Positions 20,336 to 28,779 of a stretch of DNA of 64,000 nt are shown here, piece by piece. The stretch is taken from IMG/VR virus record IMGVR_UViG_3300032397_000001; one strand, 5' to 3'. The notes beneath the pieces are model-generated. The model was not told the origin of the DNA. It searched no databases and saw only the letters and a list, made by a program, of their open reading frames with translations. A program made the position numbers and the translations under genes. This DNA is from a virus. Every line of letters starts with the position of its first letter. The stretch's first letter is position 1.

Positions 20336-20521
20336 ATGGCAATCAAAGATGAGCTTCTCGAAATCAATGAGATTCTGCAGCAGTGGTTAGAAGGAGGCAT
20401 GACAGAAGAGGAAGCAATGAGGCATATTATCGTTGTTGTGGCTAAGCAATTGACTTCAATGAAGGAAGATGTCTCTCCTGTGATAGGGCAATACGTGATC
20501 TGGAGCAAGAAATTTGAGTGA
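20336..20521 (+). CDS. Small hypothetical protein (MAIKDELLEINE...), multicopy
   Basis: Strong RBS ggaggtg; copies at 21755-22027. Confidence 0.7.
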   Translation: MAIKDELLEINEILQQWLEGGMTEEEAMRHIIVVVAKQLTSMKEDVSPVIGQYVIWSKKFE

Positions 20522-20673
20522 TTAATGTCAATACGAGATCTAAGCTTTACTGTTTAGGTCTCGTGTTTACTCTTAATCAGTGGTAACCGTTGTCTTTATA
20601 GGAGGGAATAGTTATGAAAGAATATTACTGGTCAGCAGATACTTGATCTATTTCAGTAAGGGAGGGTATAATC

Positions 20674-21054
20674 ATGAGAAAGATTGTATTTGCAGTATCG
20701 TGTACATTCCTAATCGGTATCAACTTAACTCATTGTCATCAGTGTACGGTTTCTCGCGTGATAGATGGTGATACTATTGAATGTGCTGAATTCATTCGGC
20801 ATATTAGACTTGAAGGAATTGATACTCCTGAAGTAGGTGATCAACATGGCCTTATAGTTAAGGAGGTACTTGAAACATTCATTCTCGGAAAGGAGGTGAC
20901 ATTTAGGTATAATCATTGTGATCACTATGGTCGTATTGTAGGTACTGTTTATGAAGGAGGTGATAACATTAACAAAGCAATGCTTAGATGTATCTATGTG
21001 AAACCATTTAGGTGGAAAGATCAATCACGTAATCAACAATGTGAGATTGAATGA
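20674..21054 (+). CDS. Thermonuclease (SNase-like) family protein with hydrophobic N-terminus
   Basis: VSRVIDGDTI, IRLEGIDTPE and DHYGRIVGTV motifs. Confidence 0.85.
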   Translation: MRKIVFAVSCTFLIGINLTHCHQCTVSRVIDGDTIECAEFIRHIRLEGIDTPEVGDQHGLIVKEVLETFILGKEVTFRYNHCDHYGRIVGTVYEGGDNINKAMLRCIYVKPFRWKDQSRNQQCEIE

Positions 21055-21368
21055 AAGGAGGTTATTATAAAATGTCAGAAGAAGCATTGAAAGAGTTTGA
21101 GAGAGTACGACAAGAAATGCGCAATCCAGAACAACAGTCGATTGAACTTGACTGTGCTCCTGGGTATCCTCGCCCAGGAGATCTCATCGATGGAGTAATT
21201 GAAGGGTTAGGTCTCGAAAAGAAGGAGACATGCTCTAAAGTATTTGGTAATTGGAAATGGGTTTATCCAGAGGTTCCTGCAGAGAAGTGGAAAGAGATTC
21301 GAGAAGTACTCAAGGAAAGAATTTCAAAGCTCTATAATAGTGGGGTAATTCGCTATGGTAGTTGGTAG
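21051..21368 (+). CDS. Hypothetical protein
   Basis: ORF track; likely start 21072 after aaggagg. Confidence 0.6.
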   Translation: MKGGYYKMSEEALKEFERVRQEMRNPEQQSIELDCAPGYPRPGDLIDGVIEGLGLEKKETCSKVFGNWKWVYPEVPAEKWKEIREVLKERISKLYNSGVIRYGSW

Positions 21369-21389
21369 TAACGATTCATCCAGAGAAGA

Positions 21390-21623
21390 ATGGAGGTGAT
21401 TAAGATGCTATTTGGTCCATGCGTTGGTGGTAAGTGTCCATATTACAGTAGAGCATTGAAGAAATGTAAACTCGGAAAGGCTAACCCTACAACAGAAAAG
21501 AGAACTCTCGAAGTTGTTGAGTTAATGGGCTGGTCTTACATCTGTATGCGGAACCCTTGGAAGAAAGAGGCCTTGTTTCAAATCTCACAGAAGAAAGGAG
21601 AGAGTGAGGTTGCAAGTTCTTGA
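21390..21623 (+). CDS. Small Cys-containing hypothetical protein
   Basis: ORF track; RBS ggaggtg. Confidence 0.55.
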   Translation: MEVIKMLFGPCVGGKCPYYSRALKKCKLGKANPTTEKRTLEVVELMGWSYICMRNPWKKEALFQISQKKGESEVASS

Positions 21624-21834
21624 TAATGAGTTATTTCCCGGAAGGAGAAAGCCAAGATGAAAAAAGATTGTTGGCATCCAGAAGACGTTCCTCTGTGGAG
21701 AAAGGTATGGTTGTTAATCCGTTACGCAATCAAGAATCGTTGTAGAAAGGAGGTATGACAGAAGAGGAAGCAATGAGGCATATTAGCGTTGTTGTGACTA
21801 AGCAATTGACAACATTCAATGGAGGTGATTAAAA

Positions 21835-21996
21835 ATGGCAATCAAAGATGAGCTTCTCGAAATCAATGAGATTCTGCAGCAGTGGTTAGAAGGAGGCATG
21901 ACAGAAGAGGAAGCAATGAGGCATATTATCGTTGTTGTGGCTAAGCAATTGACTTCAATGTTGGTGGTGATTAAAAATGGCAATCAAAATCAATGA
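21835..21996 (+). CDS. Copy of the 20336 gene with a different C-terminus
   Basis: First 42 codons identical to 20336. Confidence 0.6.
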   Translation: MAIKDELLEINEILQQWLEGGMTEEEAMRHIIVVVAKQLTSMLVVIKNGNQNQ

Positions 21997-22114
21997 GAAT
22001 CTGCAGCAGTGGTTAGAAGGAGGTGAAATGAGAATCGTTGTAGTTGTCTTCGGTTCATTAGTGTCTATGGCTATCTTTGCGTTAATGGTTTACATCGCTC
22101 ATCAGATTCATTAG
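21977..22114 (+). CDS. Chimeric small membrane protein (deleted MAIK...QQWLEGG head plus TM helix)
   Basis: MAIKINENLQQWLEGGEMRIVVVVFGSLVSMAIFALMVYIAHQIH; alternative start 22028. Confidence 0.45.
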   Translation: MAIKINENLQQWLEGGEMRIVVVVFGSLVSMAIFALMVYIAHQIH

Positions 22115-22125
22115 GAGGATTCACA

Positions 22126-22326
22126 ATGGAGATTAACAGAGAACTCGACAACTTCAAACAGCTGCTTGAGACTCGTAATCAGATCCTTCAAGACAAAATT
22201 CATCTTCTTGAGAAGGAGAGACTCTTCCTTCAAGCTGCGAAGGAGTCGGTCTTGAATTTCGGTCTTGTGGATCTCCTCGATATCAACTGGTCTAAAATGA
22301 GATATTTCGTTCGACGTGGTGGCTAG
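22126..22326 (+). CDS. Small coiled-coil protein
   Basis: RBS aggagga; heptad Leu pattern. Confidence 0.6.
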   Translation: MEINRELDNFKQLLETRNQILQDKIHLLEKERLFLQAAKESVLNFGLVDLLDINWSKMRYFVRRGG

Positions 22327-22343
22327 AACACCTAGGACCAGTC

Positions 22344-22388
22344 GAGTCACCTCTGATCCTTGAGTCACCTCTGATCCTTGAGTCACCT
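22344..22388. repeat. 18-bp tandem repeat x2.5
   Basis: gagtcacctctgatcctt x2 plus gagtcacct. Confidence 0.9.
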
Positions 22389-22544
22389 TACATCTAATAC
22401 TAAAGTTAGTAGTTTATGCTTTGTGTGATTCTTGTGAAAGGAGGTGATATGGTTATCTATATTATACTCATACTCTTTGTGTGGGTATACTGGGGCAGGT
22501 GGTGAGGGGGCTTAACGCCACTATAGAGAGGAGGTGAAAACAGA

Positions 22545-22889
22545 ATGGCAGAAGACCTCAACGCAATGTTCGCAGCTGCCGAGAAGGCGGTGGCCAACGG
22601 CCTTGACAAGTACGCAGGTACAGGTCAGGGTTTGAGAGGCATCATCTTCACGGCGATGGATGAGTTCAGGAAAGCGAACAAGAGCAAGACGTACAGACGC
22701 GCTGCTCTTGTACGATACCTCCTGACTCTGAAACCTGTTCAGGCCGGGCTGATTGCGACTGCAGAGCGTGTCATTGGCTTCGGTAAGCAAGACGCGATGC
22801 AGAGACTAAATAACCATCTCGGCCAGTGGTCCAAAAAGCGAGGCTGCAAGGAAGGCGGCGCTCGCGGAACGACCACAGTAACCCTGTAA
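22545..22889 (+). CDS. Basic, putative DNA-binding protein; member of a 3-paralog family
   Basis: RBS gaggaggtg, own terminator; similar to 38878 and to the C-terminus of 34530. Confidence 0.65.
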   Translation: MAEDLNAMFAAAEKAVANGLDKYAGTGQGLRGIIFTAMDEFRKANKSKTYRRAALVRYLLTLKPVQAGLIATAERVIGFGKQDAMQRLNNHLGQWSKKRGCKEGGARGTTTVTL

Positions 22890-22894
22890 CAGCT

Positions 22895-22930
22895 AGAGGA
22901 GGTAGGGCTTGTCCTTGCCTCCTCTTTTTC
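22895..22930 (+). terminator. Rho-independent terminator
   Basis: agaggaggtaggg/ccttgcctcctct stem followed by a T-run. Confidence 0.85.
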
Positions 22931-23345
22931 TGCTTAACCAAAACATTTTTTTGTTTACCTCAAACCTATACACACACAGCTTACATGTCTCCTCGGTCCA
23001 CTCCGCTCGGCGTCGTTACCTTTCCTGTTTGACTCAGCCTACGCGCCCCGCGGAACTTACTGGGGATTGTACGTTAAAAAGTTTAGTCATTGTATTTCCC
23101 ATATTGTGAGATTAGTTTTCAGGTAGGGGCCGGCCCTAAAAACTTAGCTAACTATTTGATTTTATTATGTTTTTTGAAGAATGTGACTTGAGCAACTAAT
23201 AGGGAATAATTGTTCTAAAATAATCGTTAAGCACTATAAAAGTAGACAAGTTATATTCATGTCATTCCTAATGCTGTTCGCTAATTCATGTCATAGGCCA
23301 ATAAAGATTTTCTTTGAGCCCGTGACTATTATATTATGAACAAAT

Positions 23346-23395
23346 ACAAACTGATACAAAACTCTAAAACAAACTGATACAAAACTCTAAAACAA
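23346..23395. repeat. 23-bp tandem duplication
   Basis: acaaactgatacaaaactctaaa x2. Confidence 0.9.
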
Positions 23396-23548
23396 GCTAA
23401 TACGTTCAATGTGTTATAATGAGATAAAGTAAGCCCAAAGTTATTCTGTAACAAGTTTAGTCTTAATTCGTTTTAGTGATAAGTTTATTTGTTCCTTGAT
23501 CCAAAGTTATTCTGATGCGCTAAGTGCTACCAGATATATAGTATGCTG

Positions 23549-23786
23549 AGTGTCAATCGTTAGCTGAGAGTCAATCGTAAGTGTCAATCGTTAGCTGAGT
23601 GTCAATCGTAAGTGTCAATCGTTAGCTGAGAGTCAATCGTAAGTGTCAATCGTAAGTGTCAATCGTAAGTGTCAATCGTAAGTGTCAATCGTAAGTGTCA
23701 ATCGTAAGTGTCAATCGTTAGCTGAGTGTCAATCGTAAGTGCCAATCGTTAGCTGAGTGTCAATCGTAAGTGTCAATCGTTAGCTG
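23549..23786. repeat. Repeat array B: 16 copies of AGTGTCAATCGT followed by A (13-mer) or TAGCTG (18-mer)
   Basis: 10 x 13 bp + 6 x 18 bp = 238 bp; three copies carry single substitutions. Confidence 0.97.
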
Positions 23787-23894
23787 GGGGCCCCCCCGGG
23801 AAGAGATAATGAACGCGTAGCCGGGCTGGACCGGGCCGGGTAGGGTGCATTGAAATTAACTATTTCCAAAAGTAACTATTTCCGGAAATCGTGA

Positions 23895-24460
23895 TAGGGA
23901 TAGGGCTAATAGTTATAGTTATAGTTATAGTTTAAAGCTAAGGATAGGGCTAATAGTTATAGTTATAGTTATAGTTTAAAGCTAAGGCTAGGGCTAATAG
24001 TTATAGTTATAGTTATAGTTATAGTTTAAAGCTAAGGCTAGGGCTAATAGTTATAGTTATAGTTTAAAGCTAAGGCTAGGGCTAATAGTTATAGTTATAG
24101 TTATAGTTTAAAGCTAAGGCTAGGGCTAATAGTTATAGTTATAGTTTAAAGCTAAGGCTAGGGCTAATAGTTATAGTTATAGTTATAGTTTAAGGCTAAG
24201 GCTAGGGCTAATAGTTATAGTTATAGTTTAAAGCTAAGGCTAGGGCTAATAGTTATAGTTATAGTTATAGTTTAAGGCTAAGGCTAGGGCTAAGTTAAGC
24301 TAAAGCTAAGGCTAGGGCTAATAGTTATAGTTATAGTTTAAAGCTAAGGCTAGGGCTAATAGTTATAGTTAAGTTAAGTTAAGCTAAGCTAAGTTAAGTT
24401 AAGTTAAAGCTAATTTAGGCTAAGTTAAGTTAGGCTAAGTTAAGCTAATTTAGGCTAAAG
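23895..24460. repeat. Repeat array C: 12 units beginning TAGGGCTAA with a variable number of TAGTTA hexamers, then degenerate TAAGT/TAAGC pentamers
   Basis: Unit starts 23901, 23945, 23989, 24039, 24077, 24121, 24159, 24203, 24241, 24285, 24313, 24351 (mostly 38/44/50 bp). Confidence 0.97.
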
Positions 24461-24482
24461 CCAAACCAATATCGAGGTCAGA

Positions 24483-24830
24483 ATGAAAAATCTCATATGC
24501 TTTAGTCTTGTCATTATAAGCTTACTGCTATCGAGTACAGCTTACTCCACCCAGGCGACATTTACTTGGAACGCCAATTCAGAAAGTGATCTATCAGGTT
24601 ACAAACTATATCAGAGTGATGTTAGTGGAAAATATATTAAAGGTAACTATCTTACAACTATCTACGCTCCCAGCACAACGTGTACTATCAATGTCCCTGA
24701 ACTATCTCTGCACAAGATGATCTATTGGGTATTAACTGCTTTTGATGTTGCTGGAAACGAGAGCAGTTTTTCGAGTGAAGTAAATAGAGTGATTCCAACA
24801 GATCCTGGAGAACCCATTGTGTTTCATTAA
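24483..24830 (+). CDS. Secreted fibronectin type III domain protein
   Basis: Signal peptide; FTWNANSESDLSGYKLY...YWVLTAFDVAGNESSFSSEV. Confidence 0.8.
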   Translation: MKNLICFSLVIISLLLSSTAYSTQATFTWNANSESDLSGYKLYQSDVSGKYIKGNYLTTIYAPSTTCTINVPELSLHKMIYWVLTAFDVAGNESSFSSEVNRVIPTDPGEPIVFH

Positions 24831-24897
24831 ACGTTTGAGAAGAATCTATTTTGGCTGGAGAATTGGTATTCCACGATTGAATGAAAGGAGTGTCACT

Positions 24898-25218
24898 ATG
24901 CCCCTAGAAGTCACATGCACCAACGAACAGAAGGTTCCCATAGGTATCAGCCCTGTCACAGAAGCTGGAAAACCCGTTCTATTGGATGGGCCAGTTGTAG
25001 TCACCGTAATAAGTGGAGATGGATCTGTCGAGATGATCGATGAAAGCAATTTCTACGTTGCTTCTGGAGATGCTCTAGCTGACTCAACATTCCTTGTTGA
25101 GGGGGATGCTGATCTCGGCGCTGGAGTGATCTCGATTGCAGACACAATCATCTTACACGTGGAACATGCGAACGCAAAGAGTCTCGGCATGGTTGTTGGT
25201 GTGGCTGTGTTGAAGTAA
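24898..25218 (+). CDS. Ig-like beta-sandwich protein (possible virion accessory)
   Basis: RBS aaggag; V/G/D-rich all-beta pattern. Confidence 0.5.
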   Translation: MPLEVTCTNEQKVPIGISPVTEAGKPVLLDGPVVVTVISGDGSVEMIDESNFYVASGDALADSTFLVEGDADLGAGVISIADTIILHVEHANAKSLGMVVGVAVLK

Positions 25219-25241
25219 ACGAATGAAAGGAGGAGATCATT

Positions 25242-25328
25242 ATGGCGAAGAAGAAACCAGTTCCACCTCCGAAGGGTAAGGGTGGCAAACCACTACCGAA
25301 GGGTGGCAAACCAGTTCCCAAGAAGTGA
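25242..25328 (+). CDS. 28-aa Lys/Pro/Gly-rich basic peptide
   Basis: MAKKKPVPPPKGKGGKPLPKGGKPVPKK; RBS aaggaggag; hairpin follows. Confidence 0.6.
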   Translation: MAKKKPVPPPKGKGGKPLPKGGKPVPKK

Positions 25329-25339
25329 ACCTCTTGATT

Positions 25340-25374
25340 GAAGTGAGCTAAGCTGTAATGGTTTAGCTCACTTC
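25340..25374. terminator. Hairpin (terminator or processing site)
   Basis: gaagtgagctaa/ttagctcacttc 12-bp perfect stem; no clear T-tract. Confidence 0.55.
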
Positions 25375-25387
25375 CTCATCCTTCCTT

Positions 25388-25573
25388 ATGGTTAAGTTTA
25401 AAGACAAAGAATTCGACGCGATACTAGAACGCTTCAATGAAGTCTTGAGAAGCAAGGCTGCGATTAACCATCCCGCTGTAAGAGAGGTTTTTATTCTTCT
25501 GAGGCATGTTCGAAATAATGACCTCATGGTTGAGATATCAAGTGTTTGTGAAGAGCAAATAATCCCTGTTTAA
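25388..25573 (+). CDS. Hypothetical protein
   Basis: ORF track. Confidence 0.4.
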   Translation: MVKFKDKEFDAILERFNEVLRSKAAINHPAVREVFILLRHVRNNDLMVEISSVCEEQIIPV

Positions 25574-25611
25574 TTAGTGCCCCTTGAAATTTTCATGGAG
25601 GAAAAGATATA

Positions 25612-25863
25612 ATGAATTTCGTCGTTAAAGCATTCACGGAACAAAATGGTGATCCTTCTTCGATGCGACTTATTGCTGCATTCATTATCTTTGTGATAAT
25701 GTTCAACTGGACGTTCTATAATGTTTCACAACAACAATTGGCCCCTCTGAATTGGGAAAGCGTAATGGCTGTCCTAGGCACACTTTTCGTTAAGGCATAC
25801 CAAAAGGGTAAAGAGAATGGTAAAGACACCGAAATACCAAAGGTAATTGGAAGTGACAGATAA
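25612..25863 (+). CDS. Putative holin
   Basis: 83 aa, two hydrophobic segments after PSSMRL, charged C-terminus; near cell-wall hydrolase. Confidence 0.6.
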   Translation: MNFVVKAFTEQNGDPSSMRLIAAFIIFVIMFNWTFYNVSQQQLAPLNWESVMAVLGTLFVKAYQKGKENGKDTEIPKVIGSDR

Positions 25864-26225
25864 CTTTCAAGATGAAAAGATCTCCTTCAAGCTAGAACTT
25901 TGCTACTCGAATTGAGGTTAGTGCCAGAATTAAGTATGTCAAGCTTGCTAGCAGAGATTCGCAAATATCAAGAGACTGCGTAAAATAGTGAGTATAAGGG
26001 TCTTGTATTATCAAACCAATTAACTGTCGCACGTTTACAAGTAGCGTTTTTACTTTACATGTTCTAATTCTCAAAAAAGAGAAAGAGTTATATGGTGTTA
26101 TAGGAGTATCCCCAATACGATATTAATTGGCTTCAACGTCAAGAGGTTGAATATAGTAATGATCATCAAGGTTGAATATCCGTTGGTAGAGAACATTCAT
26201 GAGTGTTGTGTTGGGAGATATATAG

Positions 26226-26585
26226 ATGAAGATCGCAATGTTGTTTGTTCTAGCGTTTGTCTGTGAATCGATAGTTCAGATTATTGGCTCTTCGGAATTG
26301 TTCGTAGGCTTCAGAACATTCTTCAAAGAGCCAAGCAAGCTTTATGATCTCGTAAACTGTAAGTATTGCCACAGTGTATGGGTTGCTTTTATCATTATTC
26401 TGGCTTATGGTCTTGTTTTGGAAATGTTGATTAGTTGGTGGTCATTGTTCTGGCTTATTATCGGAACATTCTTTGTTCATAGATTGTCTAACTGGTATCA
26501 TTTGCTATATGATATTGTTGAGAGTTATAAGGTTAGCAGAGACTTCGAACTCTACCCTCCTTCTAGAGAGGTGATAGATGACTAA
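26226..26585 (+). CDS. Membrane protein, DUF1360-like
   Basis: LVNCKYCHSVWVA CxxC motif between TM helices. Confidence 0.6.
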   Translation: MKIAMLFVLAFVCESIVQIIGSSELFVGFRTFFKEPSKLYDLVNCKYCHSVWVAFIIILAYGLVLEMLISWWSLFWLIIGTFFVHRLSNWYHLLYDIVESYKVSRDFELYPPSREVIDD

Positions 26586-26691
26586 ACCAAACGTGTGTGT
26601 TGACTTCTAAAGATTGGCAACGTTAGCATCATATACTGGGGAAAAGGCTTGGTAAACAATGGTAGCTACGAAGTCGGGAGGGTAGAGTGAG

Positions 26692-27132
26692 ATGAATGAC
26701 ACGACGATCAGTTTGTTGAGGGAAAACTTTCTTCATTATGCATGGTCCTTTATTGGAACGTTTTACAGTTGGGGTGGTGATGATCCAGCAGCATTCGATT
26801 GTTCTGGCTTTGCAGGTGAGTGCACACAATCTATTGGATTGACTCCTAGGGGAATGCGTCTTCGTGCACGAGACTTGTATGATCTTTTCAAAGAGTATGA
26901 AGTTCTTACACTATATGGTGGTTGTCTTATGTTTAGATTTGATAATGGTGTAGCTGCTCATGTTGAGATTTGTATCAATAGGTTTCAAACAATAGCTGCT
27001 AGTGGAGGTGGGAGCAAGACTCTTACCAAAGAAGATGCAGTTAGAGACAATGCGTTCATTAAGGTAAGGCCGATTCAGAAAGGCTCCAATTACAAGTATG
27101 TTGATCCCTTCAAATCATTGTCGGAGATATGA
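26692..27132 (+). CDS. NlpC/P60 family peptidoglycan hydrolase (candidate endolysin)
   Basis: YSWGGDD...FDCSG catalytic Cys and HVEI His. Confidence 0.85.
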   Translation: MNDTTISLLRENFLHYAWSFIGTFYSWGGDDPAAFDCSGFAGECTQSIGLTPRGMRLRARDLYDLFKEYEVLTLYGGCLMFRFDNGVAAHVEICINRFQTIAASGGGSKTLTKEDAVRDNAFIKVRPIQKGSNYKYVDPFKSLSEI

Positions 27133-27359
27133 AGATGGAAGAGATTGAGTTTATTGAGAGTCTTGGTAAGCTCAAGATTAAAGACGGTGACATTATTGTT
27201 GTCAAGCTTGGTAAGTTTCTTTCAAGTGAACAGCTTCGTCGTATACAGAAGAATGTTAAAGGTCTTTTACCTAAAGGACTCGAGAATGTAAAGGTCATGG
27301 TTTTAGATCGAGGTACTGATATTGGAATTATACGAAAGAAACAATGCGAGGTAATTTAA
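27129..27359 (+). CDS. Hypothetical protein
   Basis: ORF track; ATGA overlap. Confidence 0.55.
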   Translation: MKMEEIEFIESLGKLKIKDGDIIVVKLGKFLSSEQLRRIQKNVKGLLPKGLENVKVMVLDRGTDIGIIRKKQCEVI

Positions 27360-27696
27360 GATGTTAGAAGTCTCCAAATAATGTGATGTTGAAGGTACCT
27401 GACTTTATTCCCTTGCCTAAAGGGAAATAGAAGGAACTTTCACTTAGATGAAGAAACAGGACTTGCAGCAGATTGGGAAAATTTGGTCAAATATACTTAT
27501 AGCAAGCTGTAAGAAGTTTAGTGTTGAAGAACAAGTCAAGATGCTAAAGCTGCTTAGAGAGAAAATTGATTCTCGTTTGAAGGAATTAGAAGATGATGAA
27601 TCCTGATTTGGATGCAGCTCGAGGAATTGTGTATGGAACGATTGCTGGTTTTGTTTGTTGGGGAATTATACTTCTACTTTATTACGTGTTAACACT

Positions 27697-28509
27697 ATGA
27701 GTATATTGAATTATGGGATCTGTACGGTTTGTGGGCATAGAACACTTTTCAAGGAGTGTGATGAATCCTATTCTCGAGAAGCTTGTTTCTGTCATTACTG
27801 TAATAGTACTTCTCGTAATAGACATGTAGCTTTCATTTTGAGTCGACTTTTTAATGTTGATTGCATAGCAAATCTTCCTCGAGGGATACCCATTTTCGAA
27901 GCTCAGGCTTGGGGATCAATTCACGACAATTTGAAACATCGTTCAGATTATATTTGTAGTGAATACTTTCCTCATCTCAAATCAGGTCAGTTCAATGAGA
28001 AAGGTATTAGGTGTGAGAATCTTCAAGATCTTTCCTTTGCGAATGAAACGTTCCAAGTTGTTATTACGCAAGACGTCCTAGAATATGTGCAGGATCTTAT
28101 CCAAGCGTTCATAGAAATCTATAGGGTATTGCAGAATGGTGGGGTTCATGTTTTCACTGTTCCTTGTGTAGGGGAAACGAAGACTAGAGAAGGTCAGCCT
28201 GATGTTTATCGTGATGATCCTGTAGGTGGTGCGGGGTTGGTTTATACAGACTTTGGATTGGATCTTGTGAACCTCCTGAATAAAGCAGTCTATAGGGAAA
28301 CGGAAGTTCGACCTGCCATGTCACTCGAATCTAGCACTCGAAGTATCGACCCACTCAGAGAGGGAAGATTCGAAACCGTTATTCATTTTGGAGATAATGT
28401 TAATCTAATTCATCAGGTTAAAGATTCATGGCTTTACAAGAATACTGCTTTCTTAAGTATTAAGAGAGGAAGTAATGCCAATAGTTCACGAAGAATTACA
28501 GTTCGATAA
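27697..28509 (+). CDS. Class I SAM-dependent methyltransferase (Methyltransf_11-like) with N-terminal Zn-finger
   Basis: CTVCG..CHYC; ENLQDLSFANETFQVVITQDVLEY..EIYRVLQNGGVHVFTVP. Confidence 0.8.
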   Translation: MSILNYGICTVCGHRTLFKECDESYSREACFCHYCNSTSRNRHVAFILSRLFNVDCIANLPRGIPIFEAQAWGSIHDNLKHRSDYICSEYFPHLKSGQFNEKGIRCENLQDLSFANETFQVVITQDVLEYVQDLIQAFIEIYRVLQNGGVHVFTVPCVGETKTREGQPDVYRDDPVGGAGLVYTDFGLDLVNLLNKAVYRETEVRPAMSLESSTRSIDPLREGRFETVIHFGDNVNLIHQVKDSWLYKNTAFLSIKRGSNANSSRRITVR

Positions 28510-28669
28510 AATCAAACATGAAACAGACAAAGCGTATATCATTGTATGTGACACCAATGAATTCGTAGTTCCTAAGAGTCTTGTTCAAGATTTAGATGTT
28601 GAGGAAGGACTAATTACTTTACCTGAATGGTTCATTGAACAGGAAGGTATGGATGAATACGTTTTGTAA
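28475..28669 (+). CDS. Small hypothetical protein
   Basis: HETDKAY..FVVPKS..LPEW motif common in small phage proteins. Confidence 0.6.
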   Translation: MPIVHEELQFDKIKHETDKAYIIVCDTNEFVVPKSLVQDLDVEEGLITLPEWFIEQEGMDEYVL

Positions 28670-28686
28670 CTTTGTAACCTCGACTT

Positions 28687-28760
28687 GGAGTGAGGCAGAA
28701 GTCGGGCACCTTCCCGGCCTTCCCCAGGGCCGTCCCGTCCTCCACATTCTGCCTCACTCC
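28687..28760. other. 14-bp perfect inverted repeat enclosing a GC-rich segment; candidate structured RNA/DNA element
   Basis: ggagtgaggcagaa ... ttctgcctcactcc. Confidence 0.6.
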
Positions 28761-28779
28761 TTTCTTTAGTTAGATAAAA

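Larger units (their letters stand above)
20312..21960 (+). repeat. 150-bp perfect direct repeat (20312-20461 and 21811-21960) with degenerate partial copies at 21755-21810 and 21963-22027
   Basis: Base-by-base identity from aacattcaatggaggtg to ttgacttcaatg. Confidence 0.95.

Noticed and set aside
22985-23075. tRNA or known ncRNA in a GC-rich intergenic patch
   Set aside because: No cloverleaf, T-loop motif or recognisable family on either strand by eye.
23549-24460. Arrays B and C as CRISPR arrays
   Set aside because: No unique spacers; units are head-to-tail or separated by the same hexamers, and there are no cas genes in the window.
23895-24460. Eukaryotic telomere (TTAGGG-like) or contamination
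   Set aside because: Only isolated TAGGG within longer units, embedded between phage genes and sharing vocabulary with array A.
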